DNA from: Kiritimatiellia bacterium
GTDB lineage: Bacteria; Verrucomicrobiota; Kiritimatiellia; RFP12; UBA1067
DNA: 64,000 nucleotides
Reading direction: 5' to 3'
Assembly (NCBI GenBank): GCA_027858965.1
Contig: JAQIBS010000020.1
Coordinates: forward strand, 23,569 to 87,568
Shown: positions 53,933 to 64,000 of the stretch, piece after piece
How positions within the stretch are numbered: position 1 is the first letter of the stretch
How the letters are laid out: every line of letters starts with the position of its first letter
Notes under the pieces: generated by a model
What the model saw: the letters and a program-made list of their open reading frames with translations, nothing else
What the model was told of the DNA's origin: nothing
Databases searched by the model: none
Position numbers and translations under genes: made by a program

Positions 53933-55510
53933 TTAGCGAGCGTAGTCAACACAACGAGTTTCACGCACAACAACTACGCGAATCTGCCCTGGAAACTTCA
54001 TCACTGAAGATATTTGCGAGCTAATTTCACGAGCCATCATAACAGACTCATTGTCTGAAATTTCCGCAGGGTCAACGATCACCCGTATCTCTCTGCCAGC
54101 CTGAACCGCAAAACAGTTCTTCACGCCGTCAAAGGCATTGGCAATCGACTCAAGATCCTCCAGACGCTTAACATAATTACCAAGGTTTTCGGCACGGGCT
54201 CCAGGCCGGGAACTGGAAATAGCATCTGCGGCAGAGCAGAGCACAGCCAGCATACCATTAGCAGGAACTTCATTATGATGAGAGGCAACTCCATTAACAA
54301 CCTCTTCAATCTCGCCACTCTTCTTCAGGAACTCAGCACCGATAATCGCATGCGGTCCCTCAACTGTATGATCCATGGCTTTACCGATATCATGAAAGAA
54401 GCCAATTCGGCGTGCTACCAACGGATCACACCCCAGTTCAGCGGCCATCAGCCCCATCAAATGCGCAACTTCAATACAGTGCTGCAGCACATTCTGTGTG
54501 TAGCTGGTTCTAAACCGGAGACGTCCCATACAACGCAGCACCTCAACGGGAACCCCCTGCACACAGGCTTCAAAAGCGGCGGCCTCGCCTGCCTCATAAA
54601 TACGCTTGTCCATATCTTCGGTGACACTCTTGATAACATCTTCAATCCGCTGCGGATGAATACGGCCATCTGCCACAAGAAGCTCCAGTGACTGCCTGGC
54701 AATCTCCCGACGAACAGGATCAAATCCGGATATAACCACCATTTCAGGGGTGTCATCAACAAGAATTGAAACCCCGGTTAAAGATTCGAGAGCCCTGATG
54801 TTGCGTCCTTCACGTCCGATAATACGGCCTTTAATATCATCGCTTTCCAGAGCAACCGAGCTTGTCATTATCTCGCTAGCATGCGCGGTAGAATAGCGTT
54901 GTACAGCAAGAGCGACAATACGGGCGGCCTCACGGTCGGCGCTCTCTTTGGCCTCTTCCTGCACCCGACGCACCAGATTGCCTGACTCACCACGAACCTC
55001 ATTCTCCGCTTTTGAGTACAACTCTTTGCGAGCCTGTTCATGAGTCATGCCTGCCAGGTTCTGTAAATTATCATCTGCTTCCAGTTTTTTCTTTAAAACA
55101 CTTTTCTGGTCGTGATGTAATATTTCCGCATCATGACGATATTTTTCAGTATTGATGGCAAGACCCTGTTCTTTTTCATCCAGAGATACAGCCCGTGTAT
55201 CAAGCTTCTCTTCCCGCACAGTCAAACGATCTGCCACATCCTGAAGTTCACCACGTCGCACCTTTGTGCTTTTTTCAAACTCTTCACGGGCTTTAACAAC
55301 CTCAGCCCGGGCCATGATATCAGCCTCTTTCAGCTTATTTTTGACCTCAACATCCGCGTCCTCAAGAACCAGCTGCGCTTTCTTTTCGATAGCATCCGCC
55401 TGCCAACGCCCCACCAAGCCGCGCAGGGCATAACCGCCCAGCACCCCCGCCATGCCGAACAAAAGCCCAACCGTGGCATCACTAAAATCATACCAGTCTA
55501 AAGATGTCAT
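53933..55510 (-). CDS. rny: ribonuclease Y
   Basis: N-terminal TM, coiled coil, KH (GRIIGREGRNIRALESLTGV), HD domain (HDIGK). Confidence 0.85.
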   Translation of the reverse strand: MTSLDWYDFSDATVGLLFGMAGVLGGYALRGLVGRWQADAIEKKAQLVLEDADVEVKNKLKEADIMARAEVVKAREEFEKSTKVRRGELQDVADRLTVREEKLDTRAVSLDEKEQGLAINTEKYRHDAEILHHDQKSVLKKKLEADDNLQNLAGMTHEQARKELYSKAENEVRGESGNLVRRVQEEAKESADREAARIVALAVQRYSTAHASEIMTSSVALESDDIKGRIIGREGRNIRALESLTGVSILVDDTPEMVVISGFDPVRREIARQSLELLVADGRIHPQRIEDVIKSVTEDMDKRIYEAGEAAAFEACVQGVPVEVLRCMGRLRFRTSYTQNVLQHCIEVAHLMGLMAAELGCDPLVARRIGFFHDIGKAMDHTVEGPHAIIGAEFLKKSGEIEEVVNGVASHHNEVPANGMLAVLCSAADAISSSRPGARAENLGNYVKRLEDLESIANAFDGVKNCFAVQAGREIRVIVDPAEISDNESVMMAREISSQISSVMKFPGQIRVVVVRETRCVDYAR

Positions 55511-55874
55511 CGTAAAATCCTATAAATTGAATCAATTTATATAATATTACAATTTCGCTTAAAATGCTACAACTCGATCAATATGAGAGGTTTTTTCGCT
55601 TTGGATGAAAAATCCTCCATCAGCGAGTGCGAAATCATCAGATTTATGCGTATGGGCTTGCGCAGGAGCGATGTAATAACGTATTATCAAATAACAAACT
55701 TCTCTCTACCTTCAACTTTCGTGTGACCCTTCTAGGCCACCTCTTTAACATGGAATGCTTGTACAAATTATTCACCTGGTTTATTAAAAGAAAGGTTTAC
55801 AAACATAAACCTAAACAGTATTTAATTAATATAGTCAACCGGAGGGGAAATTGAAAGATTAAAAACCGAGAACT

Positions 55875-57170
55875 CTACTTCTCCAGATTAAAGGCATCGC
55901 AGATATCGTCAATCACCTTAGCATCCATTGGAACATGTCCACCGATCGGCAGTGAATCCAGAATAGCCTCAGCAGAGCATTCCAGCACCTCAAGTCTATC
56001 GAATGTTGCCAGCAAGTCTTCACCTACCACCATTACTCCGTTGTTAGCCAGTACGGTTGCCGGGTTACGAGGAGAAACATGCTTAGCCATCTCTGTATGG
56101 TTGTTAAAGGTGGTTTCAAAGGGAAGAAGCCCCACCTCACGCAAAAAGATGTAACACTCAGGAAGAGTACGTGTATCAATCTCCTGATGACAGACACTGA
56201 AAGCGAGAGCATTCACGGGAGAGGCGTTAATTATGCAGTTGATTGAAGGATGCGCATCGTAAATTGCTTTATGCGCCAAAACTCCATGACTGGGATTCTT
56301 TGACATCTCACGTTTGCCTTTGCGTACCATAACAACCTCCTCAGGCAGCATGGAGAAACGATCCAACGGACGCGGTGTAATCAAGAATGAATCAGCATCC
56401 AATCTTACAGAGAATGTACCGGTTGTTCCTGTTAAAAGACGCTGACGGTATCCCCGCTCCACAAAGTGGCAGAGCTGATTACGCAGATCCTTCTCTTTAA
56501 TGGACATCATATCCGGATCATACTCAAAGGACTTAAGTCCCGTTCCTGACTTACATTCAAGCTGCAGTTGCTGATCGGTCAAGCTCTGAGGTTCGCCCAG
56601 CATTGATGCTTTTATCTGCGTTTTACAACAGAGCTCAAGTGTTTCAAAACGGTGAAAAGCATCCTGCAGATTTGAGCCTCCGCAACAGACACCATGGCTC
56701 TCAAGAATCACACTATCAAACCCATCGGCAAATTTAGCCGCCACTTTATCGCCAAGGTCCTGGCTCCCGGGCACCCCGTATTCAGCAAAGCCTACATCTC
56801 CATTCCAACGAAATGCCTGTGGAATAATCTTGGTATCAGGCAACTTTTTGGAGATAGAAAATGCCACCAGCGCCATAGGATGGGCATGCACCACCGCCTT
56901 AATATCAGGACGCGCCGCATAGACTGATTTATGGAAAGGAAACTCAGAGGAGGGCACATGAGGGCCGATAACTGTGCCATCAGGTTTCACACAGACAATA
57001 TCTTCCGGTTTCAGAGTACCCTTATCAATCCGAGACGGGGTAATCCAGATATCTCCGTTCTCATCTATTATTGAGAGATTTCCTCCTGATGTAGTCGTCA
57101 TCTTATAACGATAAATTCTAGCAAGCGTCAGCGTAATTTCATCACGTGGATGGAGATATGTATAATTCAT
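55875..57170 (-). CDS. class II aldolase/adducin-family protein, tandem-domain (fuculose/rhamnulose-phosphate aldolase-like)
   Basis: two aldolase_II N-terminal domain-like halves (GNLSIIDENGDIWITPS...; ...TGTFSVRLDADSFLITP). Confidence 0.55.
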   Translation of the reverse strand: MNYTYLHPRDEITLTLARIYRYKMTTTSGGNLSIIDENGDIWITPSRIDKGTLKPEDIVCVKPDGTVIGPHVPSSEFPFHKSVYAARPDIKAVVHAHPMALVAFSISKKLPDTKIIPQAFRWNGDVGFAEYGVPGSQDLGDKVAAKFADGFDSVILESHGVCCGGSNLQDAFHRFETLELCCKTQIKASMLGEPQSLTDQQLQLECKSGTGLKSFEYDPDMMSIKEKDLRNQLCHFVERGYRQRLLTGTTGTFSVRLDADSFLITPRPLDRFSMLPEEVVMVRKGKREMSKNPSHGVLAHKAIYDAHPSINCIINASPVNALAFSVCHQEIDTRTLPECYIFLREVGLLPFETTFNNHTEMAKHVSPRNPATVLANNGVMVVGEDLLATFDRLEVLECSAEAILDSLPIGGHVPMDAKVIDDICDAFNLEK

Positions 57171-57295
57171 TTGGTATTTCCTAACCTTTAGTTTTTATTT
57201 CAGAACCTTATTATCTTTAAGATGGCGCAGATTATAGCGACCGTATTTGTCAAAGTCGAGCACAAATGATCATTTATGTACATACTTGAGCACTT

Positions 57296-58381
57296 ATGAT
57301 CACAACAGACATTAAAAACCGCCTTTGCAATCTTATTCTCTCCCTGTATAATAAAGACAAAATCATAAAAACCCTACTTACAAACATAATATGCGTCGCT
57401 GTTTTATCAGTTGCAATTCCTCTTTACTCCAACGCTATTGATATGTATGCCCTTGAGCAAAAGGTTACAGTAAAGACAGCCGAACTTACCCAGCTGATTG
57501 ATGAGGCAAAGCAGAGGGGGATCGACACCTCTTACGACGAGGTTACTCTCACAACAGCCGATATTTTCAAGCAGTGGGCGCTTTGGGATGCAAGCCATCA
57601 GGCTGAGTTAAAGAAGGCAGTTTCCGAAACATGGTTCTTAAGAAAGCAGTGTGATGTCTACTGCGCAAAGCTTCCGCAGAAAGAGCTCTCTGACACCATC
57701 GAGATTCTGGATAAGGCAATACTCGAACTGAACCGCGTGATTAACAACCCGCAAAGCCGCAGAGCCACCATCCCCTTTAACCACGCTAAAGTTGTATTAA
57801 AGGATGGCTGTTTATATATCGGCGACCAGCCAGTCTTTACCTCCGCCCTGACATGGGGTCCGGTGAGCGCGAGGTCATTGACTCCTGGTATGCTGAGGGA
57901 GGAACAGCTATCACAATAGGCAAAGGCAATCTGAAGCAAGACCCCTACCATCGCCCTCTTAAGGCGGGCAAAAAGATTACGAAGGGCACAGAGTTGCATC
58001 TTGAAAATTACGATGCAACAAAACTCAACACAGTGGTGAACCAACAGCTGGCTATCAAGGACCTTCACCCCCCCGGTCCTTTGCTCTGAAACAAACAGCG
58101 TTGGAGCTCCTGGATGTTTGTGGCGTGCGGCGCCTTATAAAGGAGAGCTTCTGTTCTTTGCCATTAACCTCGGTAAAAGTCCTGCAGCCCTGCAAGTCAG
58201 AACGCCTGACAACAAAAAGTTTACAGCACATGATCTGATTCAAAACCAGAGTTCCTGCACTGACTTCACTCTGGCCCCCTATGAAATCAAGTTGCTACGC
58301 CTGACGATGACAACGGGCGAGACAAAACCAAAAGAAAAATCTCCCTCAAGCTTTAAACGGTTTTTCCGATGGTTGTTCTGA
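57296..58381 (+). pseudogene. frameshifted remnant, probably of a glycoside hydrolase C-terminal region
   Basis: three consecutive same-strand ORFs in three different frames (57296-57919, 57853-58089, 58118-58381); the last ends ...FTLAPYEIKLLRL, typical of a glycosidase beta-sandwich C-terminus. Confidence 0.35.
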
Positions 58382-58477
58382 TAATCACAGGCCCTTATCA
58401 AGATGTTGTACCTTGATTTGATGCCGTGTTTAAAGTAACATATAATAACTTTTACACGCATCCCACAGGATGCAGAA

Positions 58478-58515
58478 GTTTAGGTGTTTAGAGTGTTAGG
58501 TGTTTAGGTTTGCAG
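58478..58515. repeat. tandem octamer array (GTGTTTAG)x4 preceded by a gcatcc-caca-ggatgc hairpin
   Basis: gtttaggtgtttagagtgttaggtgtttagg read directly. Confidence 0.85.
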
Positions 58516-58579
58516 ATAAGTTGAACCCTATTCTGGAAATATCATTTGATAACTCTTCAATTATCCTGTCTCACTCTTA

Positions 58580-58662
58580 CCTAACAGCCTAACAGCCTAA
58601 CAGCCTAACAGCCTAACAGCCTAACAGCCTAACAGCCTAACAGCCTAACAGCCTAACAGCCT
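58580..58662. repeat. tandem octamer array (CCTAACAG)x10, the same unit as at 13205
   Basis: cctaacagcctaacagcctaacag... ten perfect units. Confidence 0.95.
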
Positions 58663-58703
58663 GAAATACTAAAGTCCTTATTGACCATTAACGAAAACCA
58701 CAA

Positions 58704-59684
58704 ATGATACTCAACCTGCTTGTTTTATTTATAGGAATGGCCCTGTTACTAGGAGGTGGAGATCTCCTTGTCCGCGGAGCATCTGCTCTGGCAAAATGTC
58801 TGGGCGTACCCTCTTTGGTGATCGGACTGACTGTGGTTGCCTTTGGAACAAGCGCACCTGAGCTATCGATCAACCTTCTGGCGGTGGTTAAAGACAATAC
58901 AGATATATGCTTTGGCAATGTCATTGGATCAAGCATCGCCAATATAGGCCTGGTCATCGGTGTTTCCGCATTAATCAAGCCACTGGCGGTCAAAGGGGTT
59001 ATCATCAAACGGGAGATTCCCATGATGGTGCTGGCCTCCCTGCTGGCACTGACTGCTGGAAGCGATGCCCTGCTACGTAAATCACAAAATCTTTTTGACC
59101 GCACTGACGGAATTATTTTCCTGCTGATATTTGGAGTTTTTATCTATTATACAGTCAATGATGTTATCAACAAAAAAAATGCCGATTTTTTCATCAAGGA
59201 GGTTGAAGAGCAGCAGGAAAGAAAAAATTTCAAGCAAACACTTCTCAACCTGCTTATCTTGATTGTAGGACTGATCTTACTGGTCTTTGGCGGAAAACTG
59301 ACTGTTGACGGAGCGGTTGGAATCGCTGAAGCAATGAATATCCCAAAAGCCATTATAGGACTGACAGTAGTTGCCATTGGCACCAGCCTCCCGGAGCTGA
59401 TAACAGCGGGAATGGCCACATGGAAGGGACATACTGATATCGCCATTGGCAGTGTTGCAGGCTCAAATCTTTTCAACATTCTGCTGATCAATGGTGTTTG
59501 CTCAACGATACGTCCGATCCCTGTTCCAGTGGGCGGCATCTCCGATCTCTTGATGATGCTTTTTCTATCGCTATTTCTACTGCCGCTTTGCATAACAAAC
59601 AAATCCAGGATCGTACGCTGGGAAGGCGCATTGTTACTGTTACTATATGTGGGTTTCAGCGTATGGAGGGTAGCGACTGGATGA
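58704..59684 (+). CDS. Na+/Ca2+ antiporter, CaCA family (YrbG-like)
   Basis: two alpha-repeat regions GTSAPELSINL / GTSLPELITAG. Confidence 0.75.
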   Translation: MILNLLVLFIGMALLLGGGDLLVRGASALAKCLGVPSLVIGLTVVAFGTSAPELSINLLAVVKDNTDICFGNVIGSSIANIGLVIGVSALIKPLAVKGVIIKREIPMMVLASLLALTAGSDALLRKSQNLFDRTDGIIFLLIFGVFIYYTVNDVINKKNADFFIKEVEEQQERKNFKQTLLNLLILIVGLILLVFGGKLTVDGAVGIAEAMNIPKAIIGLTVVAIGTSLPELITAGMATWKGHTDIAIGSVAGSNLFNILLINGVCSTIRPIPVPVGGISDLLMMLFLSLFLLPLCITNKSRIVRWEGALLLLLYVGFSVWRVATG

Positions 59685-59706
59685 CAATAACGACAAAGGA
59701 ATTACT

Positions 59707-60651
59707 ATGAAGCAACGCATACTTGGAAAAACCGGGCTTTCAGTAACCCCCATTTGTGTTGGTGGATGGCAACTGGCGGGTCCACTCGCCTTTGACGGTC
59801 AGCCTGATGGACACCCCGACCCAGGAAAAGACAACGTATTGCGTCTGATACAAGAACTCGGAGAGCGAGGCATCAACTTTATTGACACAGCCGAGCAGTA
59901 TGGAGGGGGAGAATCAGAGCGACGAGTCGGTCAGGCTCTCCAGAGCCACCGTGATGACTGGATCATCTCAACCAAGTTCGGCTACCGGGTGGGTCCCGGA
60001 GGCGGACGTAATGACAGTTCCAGCCCGGAGACGATCATCCCCAGCATTGAGGGCTCGCTCAAGCGGCTGAACACCGACTATATTGACATCTATCTCTACC
60101 ACTGTGCCCCGGCAATCAGCGAACTCGAAAAGGGACGTGCGATACTGGAGAAACTTGTTGAACAGGGCAAATGCCGCTACTATGGAATTTCAACCGGAAA
60201 CGTTGAGTTGGTCAGAGCTATGATTCAGCTGGATATGATGGATGTCCTGCAATACCCATCCAACCTGCTGAACGATGCAGAAGAGATGCGGTCCGTTGCC
60301 CTTGCTCACAATATCGGCACACAAGTACGAGGCATCATGGCACAGGGAAAGTTGAGCGGCAGATACTTTAAAAATCAGCCGGAATGGAGCTCTGATGACA
60401 ACCGTTCGCGCCCTGATAATGCAGACAACTACAAGCGATACTCGGCCTTCAACGCGATACTCCCCGAGGGGTGCACAATGGCACAGGCAACCATACGATG
60501 GACACTGAATCAACCCGGCAACCACAGCATCTGCATGGGTGCTAAAAATCTGAATGATTATATTGCGGCAATTGAAGCAGCGAAGATGCCAGCACTGACT
60601 ACGGGAGAGCAAGCAACTATGGAAGAGTGCGCGGCGACTATCAAATCCTAA
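59707..60651 (+). CDS. aldo/keto reductase
   Basis: ILGKTGLSVTPICVGGWQL...DTAEQYGGGESERRVG. Confidence 0.75.
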   Translation: MKQRILGKTGLSVTPICVGGWQLAGPLAFDGQPDGHPDPGKDNVLRLIQELGERGINFIDTAEQYGGGESERRVGQALQSHRDDWIISTKFGYRVGPGGGRNDSSSPETIIPSIEGSLKRLNTDYIDIYLYHCAPAISELEKGRAILEKLVEQGKCRYYGISTGNVELVRAMIQLDMMDVLQYPSNLLNDAEEMRSVALAHNIGTQVRGIMAQGKLSGRYFKNQPEWSSDDNRSRPDNADNYKRYSAFNAILPEGCTMAQATIRWTLNQPGNHSICMGAKNLNDYIAAIEAAKMPALTTGEQATMEECAATIKS

Positions 60652-60692
60652 ACACCTAACAGTCTAAACACCTGCATCCTGCGGGATGCTTG
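60648..60692. repeat. inverted copy of the GTGTTTAG/CCTAACAG octamers plus gcatcc-tgcg-ggatgc hairpin
   Basis: ctaaacacctaacagtctaaacacctgcatcctgcgggatgc is the reverse complement, with few mismatches, of 58448-58500. Confidence 0.8.
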
Positions 60693-60751
60693 TGATAATT
60701 ATTTGATCACCTGATACACATAAAAACAATAATACAAAGCGGATACTGTTT

Positions 60752-63700
60752 ATGAAGATGATGTACTCTCTGTTAGCAACAACTCTTTTATCCTTAACTC
60801 TTTTTGCCGCACCTGCTCTTCCGACATTTGAAGGGGCCCAATGGATATGGGACAAGGAGGCCGAACAAAAGGCAGGCACATGGCACTTCCAAAAGGGATT
60901 TGATTTTCCTGCAGGGGAGAAACCGAAAACAGCCCAGATCATCGTTACCTGCGACAACCAGTGGGTACTCTATGTTAACGGGAAACGAGTCGGAGAAAAC
61001 AATCCCGGCCCTGATTCATGGCGCCATCCTAAAGTCATTGATCTCAGCAAACAGCTGATCATTGAACAGAATGCCATCGCCATTGAGGGCGTGAACACCA
61101 TCCCCGGCCCGGCAGGTCTGTTAGTCAAACTGGCTGTTACTTTTGAAAGTGGTAAAACTCATACCATAGTCAGCGACAATACATGGATCAGCACGGCAGA
61201 GGCGGAAAAGGGCTGGAATAACACGGGGTTCACGGCGGGAGAGAGATGGAAGCCCTGCGCGCTTATTGGAGCCTGGGGTGTTGGTCCCTGGGGAAAAGTT
61301 GCTCCAAAAAAAGGGGCAAAGGTTGCCAAACCTGCCAAAATTTATCCAAAAGAAACAGCATTCACCGATACAATATTTAAGGATGGCATCGTTTTTGTGG
61401 GTGAGGCCCTCGGATTTAATGTCAGCAAGCAGGAAACCTATGTCCAATTTATCAGGGGGACACGTGCATATTTCGAAATGGACCCCATGACACCGGCGGC
61501 GATTGGCAGGAAGCTCTACTCTCTGATCCCCCTCAAGCCTGATGGCAAACTGACTCTACTCTACGATGCGCAAGGCGGTAAAATAGGATCACCGGCAGTT
61601 TCCTACGATGGCAAAACCATCTACTTCAGCATGGCCAAAGAGGGCGAAGCCTGGTTCCATATCTATGCGATATCCCCCGATGGACAAAATATGCGTCAGG
61701 TTACGCAGGGTCCCTTTCATGACTATGACCCAGCCGAGCTACCGGATGGCCGTATTGTATTCAGTTCCACGCGGCTGGGAAACCGCGAAGAGTATCATGC
61801 AAAATATGCCTCATCTCTTTTCACCTGTAATGCAACCGGAGAAGAGATCACACCCCTGACCTATCATATTGCGGCGGACCGGGAGGCGAAGGTAACCGCG
61901 GAGGGCTCACTTGTATTCCTGCGCATGGACAATTTTATGGAGCGTGCCAAGGTTGAGGTGCATCTGCACCAGACTCGACTCGACGGTACTGCCGGGCAGG
62001 TCATCATTGGCCCCGGCCGCAAAGGGGTGCGGATTGATCGAGATGCCGCGGCAGAGCATGAGATGAAGTGGTTGCGACAGTTTGGAGCAGGGAGTCCCGC
62101 CCCCCTGCCGGATGGACTCGTTGCAGCGATCACACAAAAAGGTCTGGTGGTATCAAGCAACCCGACCGGTCAACCTGTGGGGGGCGATTTTCTGCCCTAC
62201 GACATATCTCCCCTGCCGGATGGTCGCTTGCTATGTACATCCATCAGTAAAAAATCTGTATTAATATTTAACATCAAAAACAAAGAAACCAAAGAGATTG
62301 TCACCGCGACAGAGCTTTCAGTACGCGATCTGCACTCGGTTGTGCATCTGGGCGTCCGCCCGAAACCGGGTATGATGCCCTCAATGGTAGAACCAGAGAT
62401 GGCCCGTCGAGTTGATAAGACTGGCTATCTCTACTGTCAGAATGTATTGAACACTCAGCATATAGCCGCCGATCTCAAACGCATTAAAGCCATTCGTGTT
62501 TATGAAGGAAAGCCATTCACACTGGAGCCCACCAAATCAATCTATGAACATATCGGCACCATGGGAGTTGAGCTGGGCACGGTCCCGCTTATGAAAGATG
62601 GCTCATTCTATATAGAGGTGCCGGCTGACCGTCCCCTGGCGCTACAGGCCATTGACGGGGAGGGACGTGCTGTCATCAACGAGCTATCCTGGATCTATAC
62701 CCGGCCGGGCGAACACCGCTCCTGCGTGGGATGCCACGCCAAGGCGGTGGCTACTCCGCAGATGAAAGTCTCGCAAGCGCTTAAGAGCAAACCGCTGCAG
62801 CTCACCGGACAAGGAATCCCCCACCGGTTCCGTGCCAACAATGGAGCTAATGGCGGAATCGTCAACCTGCAAATGGATCGCTTCAGGGAGGCGGCCGCGA
62901 TTAATCTGCCGGGCAGCTCTTCTGATCTGAATACACTGGCTCAAACAGGAAGCATAGCTGAAAGAATATCAGCGATAGAACGGCTGGGGATCATGCGCAA
63001 CCGCACAGCTATTCCTGTCCTGACGGAGGCACTCAAAGATAAAAACAATGAGATACGCTGCGCTGCAGCGCTGGCACTCTCAAGCTGTGGCAACCGAGAT
63101 GCCATCAAACCGCTAATGGCCTCGACCAACGATAAGCATCCCGTCATAAAGCAGGCTGTGCTCAATGCACTGGAACATCTTACAGGCACCCCCGGAGGAA
63201 GCACAGAGTGGGAGAGCATTGAGCAGCAGCTTATCCAAGCAATCAGTTCAATGGATCAACAGGAGGTTCACCTTGCCATTGAAGCTTTGGGACACATTGG
63301 CGGATCGTCAGGTAAAAAAGCGTTACGGGAGTATTTGCAGTCAAACCCCGAAGGAGAACTCAGAGTCTTAATGGCAGCCATACGCTCGCTCGGCTATCTG
63401 GCCGATAATGAATCGCTGCTCCTGCTGACAAAAATTATGAACGACAACCTGACAAAAAAAGGCAAAGGCGGTCATCACGAGTTTGGCTTTGGACAGAAAC
63501 CCATCTACCTCTCAGCCACAGCGGCAGAGGCTCTGGGACGCATAGGATCGACAGAGGCCGAAACTGCAATCCTCGCGGCATTCCCAAAGCTGAACAGCTT
63601 TGAAGACTATGTTTTCCGGGTTGCGGAACACAGCTGGCTCAAGGGCGTACATAGCTCTGTTCTTCATTTTCGCATGCTGGAAGCGCTAGATCGAATGAAG

Positions 63701-64000
63701 AGCACCAAGGCAGATCCGTTGATTGAAAAAATCATAGAGTCTATACCCGCAGACAAAGACCGTGGTCTGCTCTATGAGCTGGACAGTTATGAAAGGTTAA
63801 CCGCACGGGTGATAGAACGTAGCGGGCGTATAAATGATGTAATGGAGAGCTGTTTATCGGTACTTGGTGACAGCACCTCCAAAGGAGTTACATCGCTGAT
63901 TTCCGCGGTATCACATGCTCCTCATGCCGAGAAACACATCCGAAGCCACTCCGCACAGGCGCGCGCTGCACAGATGCTCTCAGTGCTATGCCCCAACAGC
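60752..64000 (+). CDS. partial (3'-truncated by window edge) giant secreted multi-domain protein: N-terminal jelly-roll, TolB/PD40-like propeller, CxxCH heme-binding motif, PBS-lyase HEAT repeats
   Basis: Manual translation from ATG 60752 shows no stop to position 64000; not in the ORF track, presumably because no stop lies within the window; signal peptide MKMMYSLLATTLLSLTLFAAPA; SCVGCHA (CxxCH) near 62720; HEAT-like AIERLGIMRNRTAIPVLTEALKDKNNEIRCAAALALS. Confidence 0.5.
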   Translation, partial: MKMMYSLLATTLLSLTLFAAPALPTFEGAQWIWDKEAEQKAGTWHFQKGFDFPAGEKPKTAQIIVTCDNQWVLYVNGKRVGENNPGPDSWRHPKVIDLSKQLIIEQNAIAIEGVNTIPGPAGLLVKLAVTFESGKTHTIVSDNTWISTAEAEKGWNNTGFTAGERWKPCALIGAWGVGPWGKVAPKKGAKVAKPAKIYPKETAFTDTIFKDGIVFVGEALGFNVSKQETYVQFIRGTRAYFEMDPMTPAAIGRKLYSLIPLKPDGKLTLLYDAQGGKIGSPAVSYDGKTIYFSMAKEGEAWFHIYAISPDGQNMRQVTQGPFHDYDPAELPDGRIVFSSTRLGNREEYHAKYASSLFTCNATGEEITPLTYHIAADREAKVTAEGSLVFLRMDNFMERAKVEVHLHQTRLDGTAGQVIIGPGRKGVRIDRDAAAEHEMKWLRQFGAGSPAPLPDGLVAAITQKGLVVSSNPTGQPVGGDFLPYDISPLPDGRLLCTSISKKSVLIFNIKNKETKEIVTATELSVRDLHSVVHLGVRPKPGMMPSMVEPEMARRVDKTGYLYCQNVLNTQHIAADLKRIKAIRVYEGKPFTLEPTKSIYEHIGTMGVELGTVPLMKDGSFYIEVPADRPLALQAIDGEGRAVINELSWIYTRPGEHRSCVGCHAKAVATPQMKVSQALKSKPLQLTGQGIPHRFRANNGANGGIVNLQMDRFREAAAINLPGSSSDLNTLAQTGSIAERISAIERLGIMRNRTAIPVLTEALKDKNNEIRCAAALALSSCGNRDAIKPLMASTNDKHPVIKQAVLNALEHLTGTPGGSTEWESIEQQLIQAISSMDQQEVHLAIEALGHIGGSSGKKALREYLQSNPEGELRVLMAAIRSLGYLADNESLLLLTKIMNDNLTKKGKGGHHEFGFGQKPIYLSATAAEALGRIGSTEAETAILAAFPKLNSFEDYVFRVAEHSWLKGVHSSVLHFRMLEALDRMKSTKADPLIEKIIESIPADKDRGLLYELDSYERLTARVIERSGRINDVMESCLSVLGDSTSKGVTSLISAVSHAPHAEKHIRSHSAQARAAQMLSVLCPNS

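Noticed and set aside
59147-59602. 151-aa minus-strand ORF
   Set aside because: Fully inside and antisense to the CaCA antiporter gene, whose two alpha-repeats are clear.

Overview
The window reads as a chromosomal segment from a PVC-superphylum bacterium (Verrucomicrobia, Lentisphaerae, Kiritimatiellae or Planctomycetes-like). The sequence-level hints are DUF1080, a 'Pirellula/Verrucomicrobium-type' CxxCH + HEAT giant protein, many prepilin-like proteins, RNase Y, and glycan-degrading enzymes (GH29 fucosidase, GH5, GH43-like, sialate O-acetylesterase, FucU); GC content is intermediate. The stretches that stand out are: (1) a seven-gene operon (112–8043) of prepilin-type (type II secretion/type IV filament) pseudopilins ending in a 1253-aa GspK-like 'tip' pseudopilin that carries a (GAT)13 poly-Asp microsatellite. 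(2) A recombinase-in-trio (RIT) element (three tandem tyrosine recombinases, 22557–26048) bounded by perfect 51-bp inverted repeats that end exactly at the HUH codon of two diverged, outward-facing, N-terminally truncated Y1(HUH)-transposase/DnaA-C-HTH paralogs. (3) An adjacent toxin–antitoxin island containing a degenerate small-alarmone-synthetase-like gene whose TGA stop is followed in frame by a 77-codon start-less open frame. (4) A dispersed family of period-8 tandem repeat arrays (CCTAACAG, ACTGTAGA, GTGTTTAG and others) at gene 3' ends. Also present are an IS30-family IS, two tRNAs, purL, a class II RNR with putative NrdR boxes, xseAB, rny and ymdB. A long ORF with no stop runs from 60752 to the window edge and is absent from the supplied ORF track. 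Family assignments rest on motif recognition in the translated ORFs; no database search was possible.
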